From assembly GCF_003967355.1 (NCBI RefSeq), contig NZ_BIFH01000051.1, forward strand, positions 42,337 to 106,336: DNA of 64,000 nt, read 5' to 3'. Shown piece by piece: positions 1 to 11,309 of this stretch (positions are counted from its first letter, which is position 1; each line of letters begins with the position of its first letter). Source of the stretch: Embleya hyalina. GTDB lineage: Bacteria > Actinomycetota > Actinomycetes > Streptomycetales > Streptomycetaceae. The translations under genes and the position numbers were made by a program. Below the pieces are notes generated by a model, which made no database searches, was not told where the DNA came from, and was given only the letters and a program-made list of their open reading frames with translations.

Positions 1-431
1 ATCGGCACGACTACGCGGCGGCCGACACGGATGTGGTGAGCGAGGCGCGGAAGGACTATCGGGAGTTGTTCGAGTCGACCGTGTACGAAACCGAGCACCC
101 GGTCGTGCGGATACACCCGGTCACGGGTGAACGCACGCTGGTTCTGGGGGCGTTCGTGCGTCGGCTGGTGGGCTTCGACGCCGAGGACTCGGCGGCGTTG
201 CTCGCGCTGTTCCGGAAGCACGTCACTCGGCCCGAGAACACCGTGCGGTGGCGGTGGCGGGCGGGTGACGTGGCGATCTGGGACAACCGGGCGACCCAGC
301 ATCGGGTGATCACCGACTTCGACGGGGCGCGGCGGTTGTTGCACCGGGTGACGATCGACGGGGACGTTCCGGTGGGGGTGGATGGTCGGCCCAGCCTCGC
401 GCTTCTGCCTGTCCGCGAGGCGGTGGCCTAG
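1..431 (+). CDS. TauD/TfdA-family Fe(II)/2-oxoglutarate-dependent dioxygenase, C-terminal part (5' end lies outside the window)
   Basis: The frame is open from the window edge. The C-terminal motif block (…[14 protein letters not shown]…WDNRATQHR…) is typical of taurine-dioxygenase-like enzymes. GC3 is high. Confidence 0.7.
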   Translation, partial: RHDYAAADTDVVSEARKDYRELFESTVYETEHPVVRIHPVTGERTLVLGAFVRRLVGFDAEDSAALLALFRKHVTRPENTVRWRWRAGDVAIWDNRATQHRVITDFDGARRLLHRVTIDGDVPVGVDGRPSLALLPVREAVA

Positions 432-790
432 GACGGCGGGCCTGGCCGGCTCAGGTCGGCCTGGGTCGGCTTGCCGTCCTCAAACGCCGGACGGGCTGAT
501 CGGCCCGGCCTTCGGCCGAGGCGGCCTCAAACGCCGGCCGGGCTGGAGTTTCGCCCGGTCGGCGTTTCGCCCGACGTTGCGGAGGTGGCACCGGACGCCG
601 GCGTGGGTGGATTTGGCCTGCCGGCGTTTCAACCGACGTTGCGGAGGTGGCGCCGGACGATGTTTCGGGCCTGGTTGCGGGGTTGGCTCTGGACACCGGT
701 GGGCGGCGGTTTGGGTCGCCGGCGTTTCGTCCGACGTTGCCGGGTGTGGCGCCGGACGTTGGTGGGCGGTTTTGTGTGTGGTGTTGGTCA
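431..790. repeat. Intergenic repeat cluster. It holds a copy of the GGCCTCAAACGCCGGCCGGGCTGG element (about 470-550) followed by about three tandem ~75-bp units (cggcgtttcNNccgacgttgcNggaggtggcNccggacg, about 545-770).
   Basis: The repeats are directly visible. A copy of the first element with about 90% identity over ~73 bp recurs at 29050-29130. The cluster lies between convergent gene ends. Confidence 0.8.
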
Positions 791-1198
791 GGTTGGGTTT
801 CGGGTTGGTGTGCGGCGGCGGGTTGCCAGTTCGAGGAGGTGGTGGAGGGTGGCCTGCTTCGGGAGGGTTCGCGGGAGGCGGTCGCCGTAGGGGAGGCGGG
901 AGCGGGCCTTGCGCCACAGGCGGTCCGGGAGGGTTTTGGGGTCCTGGTGGTAGCGGACCTTGGTGAGGAGTCGGCGGGCCTCCGCGTCGGCCGGGTTGAG
1001 GGCGAGGGTGACCGCCAAGTGTTCGGCGGCGGTGTTCCAGCGGGCGCTTCGGGCCGCCCGTACCGCGTCGTTGAAGTGGCGGTCGGCCAGTTCGACGAGG
1101 CCGGCGAGCGCGCCGAGGTCGCCGCCGCAGGCCGGGCAGCGGCCGGTCAGGTCGGCGATCCGGCGGCGGCACAGGGGGCAGGTGATCGCGAACGCCAT
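788..1198 (-). CDS. Small zinc-ribbon (CPLC…CPAC) plus TPR-like helical protein, 136 aa; last gene of the Hsp70 operon
   Basis: Internal ATG at 1198..1196 lies 1 nt after the Hsp70 stop (TGAcATG). GC3 is high. The sequence has a CxxC…CxxC motif followed by a helical repeat region. Confidence 0.6.
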   Translation of the reverse strand: MAFAITCPLCRRRIADLTGRCPACGGDLGALAGLVELADRHFNDAVRAARSARWNTAAEHLAVTLALNPADAEARRLLTKVRYHQDPKTLPDRLWRKARSRLPYGDRLPRTLPKQATLHHLLELATRRRTPTRNPT

Positions 1199-1199
1199 G

Positions 1200-3763
<2,564 letters not shown>

Positions 3764-3767
<4 letters not shown>

Positions 3768-4486
3768 CTGGTGCTACCGCCTTCGGAGTTCGGGTCGTTC
3801 GAGGGTTCGGGGCGCGGAGCCGCGGGAGGTTCGCCGTCGTCGGTGCGCCCGGGGGCGGCCTCGCGTTCGGCCGGGGTGGGTACGAAGCCGAGCACGACCT
3901 GTGCGCGGCGGATCACCTCGCCGTCGTCGAGGAGTACTCCGGGTCGCAGCGTCCTGGCCACGATCATCGCCGCCTCGTCGCCGCTGTCGGGGGCGTGCGC
4001 GACGTCCACCCGGCGGCCGACCGCGGCGTACGCCTCGCCCACGGGATCGTCGAAGCGCACGCCCGCGCGGTCGAGCGCCGTGGCGAACCGCCGGGCGATC
4101 GAGGCCAGTACGGCCGGCGCGGGCTCGCCGTCCAGGCAGCCGCGCAACTCGTGCAGCGCGACGGCGGCGTCCGCGGCCAGGCCGGTGTACCGCTCGTGGG
4201 TGGACTCCAGGCGTTTGCGCATCTCCTCGCGCCCGGCCTCGCGTTCGCGCGCGGTTCGCCGCACCACGTCGTAGACCAGCGCGAACGGCGGGTCGAGCGC
4301 GTGCTCCGGCACCGCGCGCTCGCTCTCGGTGATCGCCATCGGATCCGCGGCGGAAGCGGCCGACTCGGCCGGGTCGGCGGTACCGGTCGACGGGGTCGAC
4401 GCGGGCGAGCCGCCCCGCTCGGGCCGGCTCGCCGCGCCCGCCGGTGGGTCCGCCCCGAGGGGGCCCCGCTCGGGTGTCGCTGCCAT
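3764..4486 (-). CDS. GrpE-like nucleotide-exchange factor paralogue, about 240 aa
   Basis: The C-terminal approx. 150 aa align in pattern with the GrpE beta-domain (…GVRFDDPVGEAYAAV…GEVIRRAQVVLGFVP). The start ATG overlaps the stop of the upstream J-like gene (TGATG). The stop overlaps the Hsp70 ATG. Confidence 0.7.
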
Positions 4487-4947
4487 CAGTGCGCCCCTTC
4501 TTCCGTCCACAACGGTACGAACTCGCGCGGCGCGGGCGGCGGCACCAGGCCCGCGAGCACACGTCGGTCGATCCCGATCCTCGGCGGCCCGGCCGACTCC
4601 GGGGGCTCGGTCTCGGCGAACTCCTCGGCCAGCTCGCCCGGATCGGGGCCGGGCCGCTCGGGTCGGTGGGTGAGCAGTTCGGCCGCCAACCGCCCGGCCG
4701 GATCGGTCAGCGTCTCCTCGGCCGCGTTCACCTCGGCCGGGGCGAGCACCCGGCCGTGCACCGGGAATCGGTCCGCGCTCCGGGTGATCCGCTGTCGGCG
4801 CTTGCGCACCTGTGCCTTGATCGCCGCCCGGCCGGTCAGGTCCGGATCCAGGTCCAGGATCTGGAAGGCGGTGCCCCGGTAGGGGTTCCGGCCGGCCTGC
4901 CAGGCCCAGGGGTTCTCCCGCGCGCCCTCGCTCGCGGTGGGTTCCAT
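4486..4947 (-). CDS. J-domain-like protein, 153 aa; helix II/III pattern is conserved but HPD is replaced by SAD
   Basis: …AFQILDLDPDLTGRAAIKAQVRKRRQRITRSADRFP…AEVNAAEETLTDPAGRLAAELL matches the J-domain consensus YEILGV…EIKKAYRKLA…HPD…EAYEVLSDPEKRAAYD, except for the HPD tripeptide. The gene begins 7 nt after the upstream stop. Confidence 0.5.
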   Translation of the reverse strand: MEPTASEGARENPWAWQAGRNPYRGTAFQILDLDPDLTGRAAIKAQVRKRRQRITRSADRFPVHGRVLAPAEVNAAEETLTDPAGRLAAELLTHRPERPGPDPGELAEEFAETEPPESAGPPRIGIDRRVLAGLVPPPAPREFVPLWTEEGAH

Positions 4948-4953
4948 CGGCTC

Positions 4954-6228
4954 TCAACTCCATGCGGGGCCGTGCCCCGTGGCCAGCGACAACACGACGC
5001 CGCGCAGCGCGTTGACGATCTCGGGTTTGTCCGCGTCCGGGTCGGCGGCCACCTCGTCGGCGAGCCGGCGCGCGGTGGCCAGGTCCTCCGGTTGCGGCGC
5101 GTGCAGGTTGATCAGTACGCGGGCCATGAACAGCCGCCCCCACGGCCCGGGTTCGGACATCGCCAGCGCCCGGCGCAGCGCGTCCCGCACGTGTCCGTCC
5201 GGCAGCCCCTGGCGTTGTCGGGCGGTGGCGGCCAACGCCCATTCCTCGGCGGCCAGTTGCTCGACGTCGCGGTACATGCTCTTGAGCGCCAGGTCGCGGT
5301 CGAGTTCGAGGGCGCGCAGCAGGTGTCGGCCCGAGCGCAGCGTGGCCTGTTCCAGTACGGCGGGTTCGGTGGCCGGGCCGGACTCCAACTCGCGCACCAC
5401 GATGCCGCGCCAGTATTCGTGCCGGGCCAGCTCGACGGCGAACGAGCCCTCGGGGGTCCCCACTTCGTCCCAGGCGGGCAGCACGAGCCGGGCCACCCGC
5501 TCGACCAGCGGCTCGATCTTGTGCGCCCACCCGGGCGCGGCCACCACGATCTCGATGTGGCGCCGGGTCGCGTACAGCAGGGCCCGGGCCGCCTCCGCGT
5601 TGCCGGGGTCCACCGTGAGCCAGGAGGCGAGCAGTTCGACCACGTCGTCGTAGCGGCCCTCCTCGACGTCGCGCGACGCCTCGGCCAGCGCCTCGCGGAC
5701 CAGGTCGGCCCGGGCGTTGGCGATCACCGACGGCGGGAAGCCGGACTCGCGGACCAGGTCGAGGTGTTCGCGCGCGGACAGCGGATCGCGCAGGCGCCGA
5801 TCGGCGGCCAGGGTCAGATGCGGGGCGAGCAGGTCGCGCGGCAGCCGCTCGCGGACCTCCTGGACGGTCGCCGCCGGTACCGGGCCGCCCGCCACCGCCT
5901 CCAGGTGCTCGTGCATCCGGTCCCAGAAGGCGCTGTCGTGGTACAGCTCGGCCCAGTGCGCCAACGCCCTTTTCCAGTACGGGTGGGCCGCCTCGCTCTC
6001 GCCCGCCAGCTCCAGGTCGTAGGCGCGCGCGTGCAGCGCGACCGCGAGGTGGTGGGTGCGCCACGGTCCGCCGCCGGTGGTCCACAACCGCTCGGCCGGC
6101 GCGCTCCACGGCTGCGCGTCGGCGCCGGTGCCCAGGCTCGCGTACGCCTCGCCGTCCAACGGCCCGTCGCCCGCGCCGTGTTCGCGCAACCTGGCGGCGA
6201 ACGCGCGCAGCTCCGCGCGGTCAGTCAT
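4954..6228 (-). CDS. Hypothetical helical-repeat (TPR-like) protein, about 424 aa
   Basis: GC3-biased ORF. The ATG at 6228 overlaps the stop of the upstream AAA+ gene (ATGACTGA). Confidence 0.6.
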   Translation of the reverse strand: MTDRAELRAFAARLREHGAGDGPLDGEAYASLGTGADAQPWSAPAERLWTTGGGPWRTHHLAVALHARAYDLELAGESEAAHPYWKRALAHWAELYHDSAFWDRMHEHLEAVAGGPVPAATVQEVRERLPRDLLAPHLTLAADRRLRDPLSAREHLDLVRESGFPPSVIANARADLVREALAEASRDVEEGRYDDVVELLASWLTVDPGNAEAARALLYATRRHIEIVVAAPGWAHKIEPLVERVARLVLPAWDEVGTPEGSFAVELARHEYWRGIVVRELESGPATEPAVLEQATLRSGRHLLRALELDRDLALKSMYRDVEQLAAEEWALAATARQRQGLPDGHVRDALRRALAMSEPGPWGRLFMARVLINLHAPQPEDLATARRLADEVAADPDADKPEIVNALRGVVLSLATGHGPAWS

Positions 6229-8242
6229 CGGCGCCCCCCACCACGAGCGCACCGGCCACCACCCGCACCCGGACCGCGCCGATCGGCCGGCCGGCGGCGT
6301 CGGCCTCGTCGAGCAGGCGCAGCACGCCCGGCACCACGGCGGTCACGCAGCGGTTGACGCCGCGTGCCGCCTCCTCCGGTCGGCCGCGCCAGGCGACGGT
6401 GGCGATGTGGTCGGCGGCCTCCTCGGTCCAGGTCAGCGCGACGCCGAGCTGGTCGCGCAGCCGCGCGGCGAGTCGGGTCAGGCCGTTCTCCGCGATGCCG
6501 CGCAGTTCGGTGGGGCCGAACGGCGAGTAGAGGATCACCTCGTCCACCCGGTTGAGGAATTCGGGCCGGAAGAACCCCTCCATCGTGCGGCGCAGCCGGG
6601 CGCTCGCGGCGGTGTGCCCGGTCGAGCCCTCGGCCAGGATCGAGCCGATCAGGTTGTCCACGCTGTCCACGTCGTCCTCGACCGCCTCGGCCGCGGAGTG
6701 GGTCGCGCCGAGGTTGGTGGTCAGGATCACCACCGCGTCGTGCGCCTCGCGCACCGGGCCCGCCGGATCGCCGATCCGGCCCTCGTCGAGCAGCCGAAGG
6801 AGCGCGTCGAGCACCCGCGCGTCGGCCTTCTCCACCTCGTCGAACAGGAACACCCGACGCGGGTTGTCGCGCAGGCCGTTGGTGAGCTTGCCCTCGCCGA
6901 AGCCGACGTAGCCGGGCGGGGCGCCGATGAAGTTGTTGATCGACTCGCGCGCGCTGAACTGGCCCATCTCGAAGACCAGGACGTCGTCCTCGGAGCCGTA
7001 GACGACCTCGGCGAGCAGCCGGGCGGTCATCGTCTTGCCGGAGCCGCTGGGGCCGCACAGCAGCAGGGCCGCGCGCGGCCGGTCGTCCGGACGGAAGCCG
7101 CGGGTGAGCGAACGTTTGATGAGTTCGACGTGGAAGGCGAGCCGCTCGACCACGCTCTCCTGGCCGATCAGGCCCGCGCGCAGCCGGCGTACCGCCTCCT
7201 CGGGGGACATCGGGGTGCCGGCCCGGTCCGGTTCGGGCTCGGCCGGCTCGCGGTAGTAGGTGTCGGCGAACCGGCGCAGCCGGTCCAGGTCCAGGCCGAT
7301 GTCGCGGAAGAACCCGGCCGCCAGGCCGTTGGGGGTGTCCAGGAGCGCGGCGAGCAGGTCGCGTTCGGTGATCCGGGCGCCGGTGTCCGGGTCCGGATCG
7401 GGGCGGCTCGCGGCGAACGTCGCCGCGCGGCGCAGGGTCTGCCGCAGCGGCTCGTCGGCGGTGATCGGGCCGGTGCCCGCCGGGCCGCGGACCCGGGCGC
7501 CGGTCAGCGCGATGGTCTGTTCGCGCAGCGCCCGTACGTCCCGGCGCAGGAACAGGAAGGCCTGCTCCAGGAGTCCGCCCGGGGTGGTGGCCAGCGCGTG
7601 CAGCAGCATCGCGATGCCGCACTGCCGCCGGCCGAGTCCGCTCGCCTCGGCGACCATCATCGCCGGCACCCGCCGGGCGCCGGGGGCGAACGCGGTCTCG
7701 TCGATCGACCCGTCGGCCCGGCACACCTCCGCCGCCGGGCGCGCCGCGGCCACCTCGGCCCGCCAGGCGTCGAGGTCCACCCGGCCGTAGCCGACGAGCA
7801 GGTCCACCGCGCCCGGCTCCAGGCGGGGCAACAACTCCGCGAGCAGCGCACGTTCGTCGACGTAGCCGGTGTCCGCCGCGGCGGCGAAGCCGGCCCACAG
7901 GTCGGCGGTGACCGGCAGGCCGCCGAGCGCGCCCGCGCCCCGGCCGTTGCCGCCCGCTCCGGCGGCCGGTCCGCCGCCGCCGAGCAGGCCGGCCGCGAGC
8001 ACGTCCGGCGGGATGCCCTGGCGGGCGAACAGGCCGCAGGCGCGCCCGCCGTCGATCCGGGCCAGGGCGATCAGCGTGTGGGCGACCTCGACCGTGTGCG
8101 CGCCGAGTTCGCGGGCCACCGCCGAGGCGGTCTCGAACCGGCGGGTGGCCACCAGCAGCCCGCTGTCGAACACCTGCTCCGGCACTCCCAGGATGTCCGT
8201 CTCCACGTCGCCTTCTCCCCCGCCTCGCCGATCCGATCGCAC
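6221..8242 (-). CDS. Clp/Hsp100-family AAA+ ATPase with a Clp_N-like N-domain and a single D2-type (AAA_2) ATPase module, 673 aa
   Basis: IGQESVVERLAFHVELIKRSLTRGF…LLLCGPSGSGKT…FLFDEVEKA…ILTTNLGA…FRPEFLNRVDEVILYSP is a canonical ClpA/B D2 domain. N-terminal Clp_N-like repeats are present. There is no D1 ring and no ClpP-binding IGF loop. Confidence 0.85.
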   Translation of the reverse strand: MRSDRRGGGEGDVETDILGVPEQVFDSGLLVATRRFETASAVARELGAHTVEVAHTLIALARIDGGRACGLFARQGIPPDVLAAGLLGGGGPAAGAGGNGRGAGALGGLPVTADLWAGFAAAADTGYVDERALLAELLPRLEPGAVDLLVGYGRVDLDAWRAEVAAARPAAEVCRADGSIDETAFAPGARRVPAMMVAEASGLGRRQCGIAMLLHALATTPGGLLEQAFLFLRRDVRALREQTIALTGARVRGPAGTGPITADEPLRQTLRRAATFAASRPDPDPDTGARITERDLLAALLDTPNGLAAGFFRDIGLDLDRLRRFADTYYREPAEPEPDRAGTPMSPEEAVRRLRAGLIGQESVVERLAFHVELIKRSLTRGFRPDDRPRAALLLCGPSGSGKTMTARLLAEVVYGSEDDVLVFEMGQFSARESINNFIGAPPGYVGFGEGKLTNGLRDNPRRVFLFDEVEKADARVLDALLRLLDEGRIGDPAGPVREAHDAVVILTTNLGATHSAAEAVEDDVDSVDNLIGSILAEGSTGHTAASARLRRTMEGFFRPEFLNRVDEVILYSPFGPTELRGIAENGLTRLAARLRDQLGVALTWTEEAADHIATVAWRGRPEEAARGVNRCVTAVVPGVLRLLDEADAAGRPIGAVRVRVVAGALVVGGADD

Positions 8243-8251
8243 CGGTTCGGA

Positions 8252-9616
8252 TCACGCCTCGTCACCGGCGAGCAGCCGCTCGGCCAGGTCCGCCCGGGCC
8301 CGGGCCGCCTCGGGCCGTCCCGCGCCCAGGTCCCGTACGCCCAAGGCCAGTATTCGGTACGCGGCGGCCGTCGCGATCGCCCGGCCGAGTCGTCCCTCGC
8401 GCAGTTCCGCCGGCGACGACTCGAGCAGCGTGGCGGCCAGTTCCGGGTCGGCGCGGGTGACCCGGTGCAGCACCAGGCCCGGGCCCAGCGGCGTGCGGCG
8501 GACCCAGCCCGCACCGTAGCGCCGGAGCAGGTCGCGCGCGGCACCGGCCACCATCGAGTCGTCGCCCTCCAGCGTGCCGAGCAGCAGCCGCGCGGGCCAG
8601 GTGTCGGCGTAGGGCTCGTCGACCACGTGCGGCTCGTGCTCGGCGCCATCCGGGCCGGCACCCGCCGTCCCGTCGCCGCCGCCCGCCGCCCCGCCGACGC
8701 CCGACAGCCCGTGTCGCAGCAGCCGCACCGCGCCCGCGTCGTCGCCACGCTCCAGCAGATCCGCCGCCGCGACCACCAGGGCCGCCGCCGTCCCGGGCCG
8801 CACGCCGGCCGCCGCCCCGCCGTCCCGCGCCGCGACGGCGGCCCGGTGCAGCTCGCGATACTCGGCGTGGTCCGGATCGAGCATCGCGGCCTCGTACAGA
8901 TACCGGACCGCCCGTTCCGGGTCGCCACCGGTCAGCTCCCGATGCCCCTCGACGGCGAGCCGATGGGCCAGGCGCGGCGCGGCGGCGGAGCAGCCCTGTT
9001 CGAAGGCGAGCCGGTAGCAGGTGCGCGCCGCGGCCTCCGCACCGCGCGCCGCGGCCCGGTCGCCGATCACGCACACCCATTCGGCCCGCGTACCCGGCGC
9101 ACCGGGCGGCGCGACCACCGGCAGCAGCCGCCACAGGTCGTGGTCGGGATGTCGGGCCGGCTGCTCGAAGCGCTCCTCCAGGCAGTCCAGGACCCGGGTG
9201 GTGGCGGCGACCCGCCAGCGCCGGACGGGCGCGCGCGGATCCAGGCCGCCGAGCACGTCGAGCAGCGCGCGCTCCAGCGGGCGCGGTCCGGCCTCCAACG
9301 CCTTCTCCAGCGTGGTCCAGGTCTCCGCGAAGTCGCTGCCGGGCTGGACCACCCACCAGCGCAGCACCGCGTCGATCGCGCGGACGTAGTGGCCCCGGGG
9401 GTCGCGCCCGAGCACGTCGGCGAGCATGCGCGCGGCGGTCTCCGGCTGCTGCGTGGCCACGGCCTGGATCTGGCTCTCGATCAGTCCCCGGTTGCGGACC
9501 ACCTCGGCGTCGGAGGCGTTGGCCAGGAAGTCCCGCATCGCGACGAGTCGAGGCTCCACCTCGCCCTCCCGATGCGTGGCCATCCGGAACGCCCGCACCG
9601 CCCCGGCATCCGACAT
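8252..9616 (-). CDS. Hypothetical helical-repeat (TPR-like) protein, 454 aa; first gene of the operon
   Basis: GC3-biased ORF that ends 9 nt before the AAA+ gene. An intergenic promoter region lies upstream. Confidence 0.6.
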   Translation of the reverse strand: MSDAGAVRAFRMATHREGEVEPRLVAMRDFLANASDAEVVRNRGLIESQIQAVATQQPETAARMLADVLGRDPRGHYVRAIDAVLRWWVVQPGSDFAETWTTLEKALEAGPRPLERALLDVLGGLDPRAPVRRWRVAATTRVLDCLEERFEQPARHPDHDLWRLLPVVAPPGAPGTRAEWVCVIGDRAAARGAEAAARTCYRLAFEQGCSAAAPRLAHRLAVEGHRELTGGDPERAVRYLYEAAMLDPDHAEYRELHRAAVAARDGGAAAGVRPGTAAALVVAAADLLERGDDAGAVRLLRHGLSGVGGAAGGGDGTAGAGPDGAEHEPHVVDEPYADTWPARLLLGTLEGDDSMVAGAARDLLRRYGAGWVRRTPLGPGLVLHRVTRADPELAATLLESSPAELREGRLGRAIATAAAYRILALGVRDLGAGRPEAARARADLAERLLAGDEA

Positions 9617-9814
9617 GGCGTCTCCCCCGCGAACACGACCATCCGACTGCGCCGGTCGTGACGACGTACAAGCAGCCGACGTACATGCAGCACGGTACCC
9701 GGCCGCGCCGGCCCAGGGAGGACACCGGGCGAACCCGTCCTCGTAACGTGATCGTCACCGATGGTGAGACCGCGGACGCGCCGAACCCGGGTGAGAGCGA
9801 CCCCGAACATCGGG

Positions 9815-9820
9815 TAGTAT
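9815..9820 (+). promoter_or_regulatory. Candidate -10 hexamer TAGTAT for tRNA-Lys
   Basis: A TAnnnT hexamer sits 14 nt upstream of the mature tRNA 5' end. Confidence 0.3.
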
Positions 9821-9834
9821 TTCTCTCGCAGCAA

Positions 9835-9908
9835 GCGCCGCTAGCTCAGTTGGTTAGAGCAGCTGACTCTTAATCAGCGGGTCCGGGGTTCGAGTCCCTG
9901 GCGGCGCA
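9835..9908 (+). tRNA. tRNA-Lys (anticodon CTT)
   Basis: The cloverleaf folds manually. The 7-bp acceptor stem GCGCCGC/GCGGCGC pairs, the anticodon loop is CTCTTAA, and the T-arm is GGTTCGAGTCC. Confidence 0.85.
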
Positions 9909-9922
9909 CAGCGGCAACATCG

Positions 9923-9957
9923 AGAAGGGCCCGCCGGTTTCCGGCGGGCCCTTCTCG
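9923..9957 (+). terminator. Hairpin terminator downstream of tRNA-Lys (gagaagggcccgccgg-tttcc-ccggcgggcccttctc)
   Basis: Perfect 16-bp GC-rich stem. Confidence 0.6.
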
Positions 9958-10050
9958 CATGTACCCATGCGATCCACCGCGCGGCTCTCGTCATCGCCCG
10001 TCGGTCGTCCGTAGATCGTGTAACAACCCTCGACGGGTAGGATCGGTCGG

Positions 10051-10623
10051 ATGTCGGTGAAACATGGCTTTCCACTGATTTTGTTGCTGTTTGCCCTGGT
10101 CACGGGGTGCGCGGTGGACTCCGGTGTGCGCGTCGCGGGCAAGCCGGAACCGGTCGGGATCCCGCTCGCGGCGCCGCCCTCCGGGGCGGGCCTGAGCATC
10201 GATCCGGTTCGGGTGCTGCGGGAGGACGCGGGGGTCGGCGTCAAGATCAAGGCGGTGCTCACCCCGTCCTGTGGCACGTCGTATCCGGTGAGCGCGCAGT
10301 ATCTGAGCGCGCCGGGAGTGCCGGGGACGCCGCTGCCCGTCGCGGTGGTGTCGGTGTTCCACTGCGGGCCCGAGAACTGCACGATGCGCCGGGACGTCGC
10401 CGCGTACGTGTACCGGCTCTTCGAGGACGGGCACACCGAGCGCGTGTTCGCCTCGGAGGAGCCGGGGAGTCGGATCGAGGTCGGAAAGCGGATGTTGATC
10501 CTTCAGCTGCCGGCGTACCGGGCCAACGAGCCGGCGATCTGCCCCTTCGGCGAGCACGGGGTCGGATTGCGGTGGGATGGTTCGCAGTTCGTCGAGAACG
10601 AGGTCGGAAAGGGTGTGTCGTGA
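10051..10623 (+). CDS. Lipoprotein (lipobox LVTG-C), hypothetical, 190 aa
   Basis: Signal peptide followed by a Cys lipobox. The stop overlaps the response-regulator GTG start (GTGA). Confidence 0.7.
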   Translation: MSVKHGFPLILLLFALVTGCAVDSGVRVAGKPEPVGIPLAAPPSGAGLSIDPVRVLREDAGVGVKIKAVLTPSCGTSYPVSAQYLSAPGVPGTPLPVAVVSVFHCGPENCTMRRDVAAYVYRLFEDGHTERVFASEEPGSRIEVGKRMLILQLPAYRANEPAICPFGEHGVGLRWDGSQFVENEVGKGVS

Positions 10624-11309
10624 GCAAACCGCACGTGCTCGTCGTGGAGGACGACGAGGTCATCCGCGAGGCGACGCAACTCAATCTGGAACGGGACGGG
10701 TTCCGGGTGAGCACCGCCGCCGACGGCGAGGCCGGGCTCGCCGCGTTTCGCGGCGAACGGCCGGACGTGGCGCTGCTGGACGTGATGTTGCCGCTGATGA
10801 ACGGGATCAGCCTGTGTCGGCGAATCCGGGCGGAGAGCCTGATCCCGGTGATCATGGTCTCCGCGCGCGACGACCCGATCGACATCGTGGTCGGTCTGGA
10901 GGCGGGCGCCGACGACTACGTGACCAAGCCGTTCGACACCGTGGTGCTGCTCGCCCGGATCCGGGCGCTGCTGCGCCGCGCGCAGCGCACCGCCGGCCCG
11001 GACGAGGAGTCGGGGCCGCTGCGCTTCGGCGACCTGGAGATCGACCCGGACGGCGTGCAGGTGCGCCGGTCCGGCGAGTTGCTCGCGCTGACCCCGACCG
11101 AGATGAAGCTGCTGCTGCGCTTCGCCGAGTCACCGGGCACGGTGCTGAGTCGGGACACCCTGCTCGAAGGCGTCTGGGAGTACGCCTGGGGCGGCGACAC
11201 CCGGGTCGTGGACGTGCACGTCCAGCGGCTGCGCAACAAGGTGGGCCCGGGCCGGATCGAGACGGTCCGCGGCTTCGGCTACAAGCTGCGCCCGGGACCC
11301 GTCGGGTGA
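10620..11309 (+). CDS. OmpR/PhoB-family response regulator, 229 aa
   Basis: Receiver domain (VLVVEDDE…LLDVMLPLMNG…ADDYVTKPF) plus a winged-helix output domain (…VDVHVQRLRNKV…GFGYKL). Confidence 0.9.
   Translation: MSKPHVLVVEDDEVIREATQLNLERDGFRVSTAADGEAGLAAFRGERPDVALLDVMLPLMNGISLCRRIRAESLIPVIMVSARDDPIDIVVGLEAGADDYVTKPFDTVVLLARIRALLRRAQRTAGPDEESGPLRFGDLEIDPDGVQVRRSGELLALTPTEMKLLLRFAESPGTVLSRDTLLEGVWEYAWGGDTRVVDVHVQRLRNKVGPGRIETVRGFGYKLRPGPVG

Noticed and set aside
3774-4562. 262-aa minus-strand ORF in an alternative frame of the GrpE region (and the 6225-8255 alternative frame of the Clp gene)
   Set aside because: It is a frame-shifted shadow of real genes with Arg/Gly-rich nonsense composition.
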